DNA of 64,000 nt from Azolla caroliniana (taxonomy: Eukaryota; Plantae; Polypodiophyta), in assembly GCA_043228905.1 (NCBI GenBank), contig JBHGNT010000014.1, positions 9,796,001 to 9,860,000 of the forward strand, read 5' to 3'. Positions 60,185 through 64,000 of this stretch are shown here, piece by piece (position 1 is the first letter of the stretch; the number at the start of each line of letters is the position of its first letter). The notes beneath the pieces are model-generated. The model saw only the letters and a list, made by a program, of their open reading frames with translations, had not been told where the DNA came from and searched no databases. The position numbers and the translations under genes are program-made.

Positions 60185-60355
60185 AGAACACTCTAGAATA
60201 TTCTAGGTTATCCTAGAATGTAGAGTAATCAAGAAGATCTCTAGAGTATTCTAGAAGGTTCTAGTGGTATAGAACACTCTAGAATATTCTAGGTCATTCT
60301 AGAATGTAGAGTAATATAGAATATTGCTATGATATTAGATTTCATATTCTAGAGA
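60185..60355. promoter_or_regulatory. Heat-shock element array in the U3 of the F LTR
   Basis: CTAGAATATTCTAG (twice), TTCTAGAAGGTTCTAG and TTCTAGAA, directly upstream of the minus-strand TATA (TATAAATA at about 60169-60177). Confidence 0.7.
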
Positions 60356-60373
60356 CTATACATATAAGAATAT

Positions 60374-60430
60374 TAATACAATGGTTAAGGATTTGACATG
60401 TGTACAACAAGGTCGTGGGTTCAAATCCTT
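60374..60430 (+). other. tRNA-like A-box/B-box module in the F LTR
   Basis: TACAATGGTTAAGG...AAGGTCGTGGGTTCAAATCC; spacing 37 nt. Confidence 0.65.
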
Positions 60431-60482
60431 TCGAGTCATAATGTGAGTGTCATGATCCTTTTGATGCATGATGTGACTGTTA

Positions 60483-63400
60483 TCATGACACTATCCCCCT
60501 TCTTCGACGACACGTCTCATGGGTCGTAGGGTTTGTATTAGGACCTGGTTTACAAGGATATTGGCGATGAAATGCATTGACGAGTTCTGCAGCATTGGAA
60601 AGATTTGTGGTAGGTTCCCAAGTTCGATCATTGGGGGTATAGTTTAGCCAATCGACTAAGTAATATAGCTTGTTGCGCACGATTTTAGAATCGAGAACGA
60701 CAGCAACTTCAAATTCAGGCCCGTCCAAGAACTCGATAGGTGGTGGGGGTGTCGTAAGACGGCCTGGAATTGAACTTGTAGTATAAGGTTCCAAAAGGGA
60801 TACATGAAACACCGGATGAAGATGCATGTGCGGAGGGAGGTCAAGACAAAATGCAACATCACTTATCTTACCAGTGATCATGTAAGGGCCAAAACGTTGG
60901 TAATCCAATTTACTGCAAGGTCGAGTGGTCTTGATGTTGTGTTGGAGAAGCCATACATGATCCCCAATGCGGAACTTTTTTGAGGAGTCTAGACGATGAC
61001 GATCGGCAAGCCTCTTGTGTGTAAATTGAGCATCGTGCAAATTGTGGAGAATGTTAGCTTGAATTTCTTGGAGGCGACTAAGACGATCCTCAACAGCAGG
61101 GTTGGTAGGAACTTTTGGATGCGCATTCATCGTCCACCGAGGATGACAGCCCGTATTTGCGAAAAATGAGGAATATCCTGTAGAAGAATGGGCTGAATTG
61201 TTGTAAGCGAATTCCGCCAAGTGCAAAAAAGCAACCCAATCATCTTGTTGATAGTTGATGAAACAACGAAGATATTGTTCCAATGTCTGGTTGGTACGCT
61301 CTGTTTGGCCATTTGTTTTAGGATGATAGCCCGAAGAAAGCTTAACTAAAATGTGGAGAAGTTTGAACAGGTGCTTCCAAAACTTTGAGATGAATTGTGG
61401 ACCACGATCACTAATAATATCATCCGGCAAACCATGATGCTTAAATACCTCCCGCATAACGACATCAGCCATCTCTTGACTAGTAATCGACTTTGTACAT
61501 GGCAAGAAATGTGCCATTTTGGTAAATCGATCAACCACTGTGAGAATTGCATCAAAACCTTTTGAAACTGGGAGATCAGTAATGAAGTCCAAGGATATAG
61601 ACTTCCAAGGAGTTTCCGGAATGGGAAGTGGTTGTAGTAAGCCATAGGGTCGGTGGCGAGGATTCTTTGATCGACAACATATATCACAACTCCGAACATA
61701 CTCCTCAACAAAATGACGAAGGCGAGGCCACCAATAGTGTCGAGAAATTAATTCTAGAGTCTTGTGAACTCCAAAATGACCAGCCATTGGTGAGTCATGG
61801 CAATGTTGCAAAACTTGTAGCCATGGGGGACCATCAGGAACATACAATAAATTTTGTCGAAATAGAAAACCATCATGCCAATAGAACTGTCAATAGTCAT
61901 TACGAGGATTTTTCGACTGTGAGTAAGAAGCACGATCCGGGACGATATGATCCAAAACATCCTTGGCGAAATCATCAGTGGCCATATGATCTCGAATGGA
62001 ATCAAGAAGAGTGGAATTTTCAAGAGTTGTTATGGCGTTAACTACCATTAATCGTAATCGATTAGGACCCAAAAGGATTTGTTTTTGATGCTTAATTGCA
62101 GGTTCCCCTGGACGAAGTTCCATATAAGAGTGCCGAGAAAGAGCATCTGCTTTGCCTTGCTGCATCCCAGGGTGATATATGATGATAAAGTTGAAGTGAG
62201 TCAAAAATTGCACCCACCGGGCTTGTCGCCGACTCAAGACTAGAGCATTTTGGAAATAAGTCAGGTTCTTATGATCATTGTAGACAATGATCTGTTGAGA
62301 AGAACCTTCTAGGAAATGTCGCCATTGTTGAAACGAATCCACGATTGCAAGAAGCTCTTTGTCATGGATCTCGTAGTTGATCTCTACAGCTTCAAACTTT
62401 CGTGAATGAAAGGCGACAGGGTGTAGTTGTCCATCATCTCCAGTCTGCGAGAGGACACTCCCTAGTGCAAAATCGGATGCATCGGCTTCGAGGATGAAGC
62501 GTTTTGTTGGGTCGACATGTGGTAAGATAGGTGCCGTTGTAAATGCTCGTTTTAAGCTTTCGAATGCCTCGGCTACATTTGAACTCCATATAAATGGTTG
62601 ATCTTTATGTGTGAGCTGAGTAAGCGGAAGCACAACCTTGGAATAATCTTTAATAAATTTTCGATAAGAATTTGCAAACCCGAGAAAACATTGCACATCA
62701 CACATTGAAAGGGGCGTTTGCCAGTCTAAAATTGCTTGTACCTTCATGGGGTCCATAGCAATACCATTTGACGATACAACATACCCCAAAAATTCCACTT
62801 GATTCTGGCCGAAACTACACTTTTCTAATTTTGCGTAGAGACCATATTCTCGGAGTCGACGAAGTACTTGACGAACATGTTCATCATGCTCCTCTTGGGT
62901 CTTTGAGTAGATTAAAATATCATCTAGGTAAACTATAGTGAAGATATCAAGAAAATCTCGAAAAATATCGTTCGCCATATGTTGGAAAACAACAGGTGCA
63001 TTCGTGAGACCAAATGGCATCACTATATACTAAAAATGTCCATAGCGAGTGCGGAAAGCTGTCTTCCATTCATCCCCCGGGTGAATCCGAACTAGATTAT
63101 ATGCTCCGCGAAGGTCCAACTTCGTGAAATATTTTGCACCACCGAGACGTTCCAAAAGATTCGGGATTAATGGTAGAGCATATCTATTTCGGATAGTCAC
63201 TTTGTTTAGCCCTCGATAATCCACGACCAACCGAAGAGTCCCATTCTTCTTCTTAATGAAGAAGATAGGTGCACCAGCAGGGGATCTAGAATGCCGAATG
63301 AATCCGTTTGCCAGATTCTCATCAATATATTCCCGCAAAGTCTCTAGCTCTACAGGGGAGAGATTATAAATTGGGCCCCATGGAGGTTCTTTCCCTGGTT

Positions 63401-63968
63401 GTAAGTCAATAGGGCAGTCTTATGGCCGATGCTCCGGCAATGTATTGGCCTTCACCTTATCAAAGACATCTGAAAACTCCTTGTATTTCTCTGGTAGTTT
63501 AATATCCGCTTCACGTGAAGTGGATGATGGAGTTGCTATTATTACGAAGACGAACATGGCCTCGTTCCCCCCTTCCTCCCGCAACTGTCGTAAAGAGATG
63601 GGCGATAACTCTGAGGATCTATTATCACATGTAGAAGAGAGGGATGCGGGATTTGTGCTTTTTTCCCGGGTCTCCTCAATTGTTCTTTTCATCCAATCAA
63701 TCTTCGGCTTATGGAGTTCAAACCAGGGGAGACCTAGAACTATTGGGTGTTCCGGACTACAAATAATGTTGAAAGAGATTATGCTTGCCAAATTGCCAAG
63801 AACTATCCTAATTGGCTCGGACTCCTCGACTATATCTCCTGATGCTATGGGACGTCCATCAATATCACATGTATCTCCTGATGCTATGGGACGTCTATTA
63901 TCACATGTAGGAGAGAGGGATGCGGGATTTGTGCTTTTTTCCCGGGTCTCCTTAATTGTTCTTTTCAT
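60483..63968 (-). pseudogene. pol (PR-RT-RH-INT-chromodomain) of F with a few stops/frameshifts
   Basis: ORFs 63420-63968, 63030-63338, 61890-63023 and 60483-61847. Confidence 0.88.
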
Positions 63969-64000
63969 CCAATCAATCTTCGGGTTATGGAGTTCAAACC

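Larger units (their letters stand above)
59920..64000 (-). mobile_element. Element F: chromoviral Ty3/Gypsy (Tcn1-like), 3' LTR 59920-60490, runs off the window
   Basis: [11 protein letters not shown]...KLDLRGAY...MPFGLTNAP...YLDDILIY; RH EADASD...DKELLAI; INT; chromodomain FEVAVVLDSKIVRNKLYYLVDWLNYTPNDRTWEP; PPT AAGAAGGGGGATAG. Confidence 0.92.

Overview
Land-plant genomic window, probably a seed-free plant (inferred from the Tcn1-like chromovirus and atypical Gypsy clades). 853-13706 (minus strand) is a complete 28-exon BTAF1/MOT1 gene (2221 aa by my exon assembly) with one GC-AG intron and a His/Asp-rich 11-aa repeat expansion. A decayed LINE 3' fragment follows (about 17.1-18.3 kb). From about 18.4 kb to the end lies one nested LTR-retrotransposon pile. 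Gypsy A (18424-54499, TSD AGAAT) contains Copia-1 (20340-25893), Gypsy B (28809-44402) and, inside its 3' LTR, an intact young Copia-2 (49017-54367). B contains gag-only element C, inserted in its PBS, and A-family derivative D. A probable old LTR element G hosts A and Gypsy E, and E is interrupted by chromovirus F. The most unusual signals are: (1) an antisense tRNA-like A-box/B-box module about 200 bp upstream of the TATA box in three otherwise dissimilar LTRs; (2) a -1 frameshift signal with pseudoknot between protease and RT; (3) a heat-shock-element array in the chromovirus LTR; (4) a 4-bp ACG-type target preference, including an insertion into a tRNA-Trp PBS; (5) a 56-bp-period hairpin array downstream of a PBS; (6) a conserved non-purine element replacing the PPT, plus a conserved extra ORF, in family A/D. 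All coordinates were read by eye and no database searches were run.
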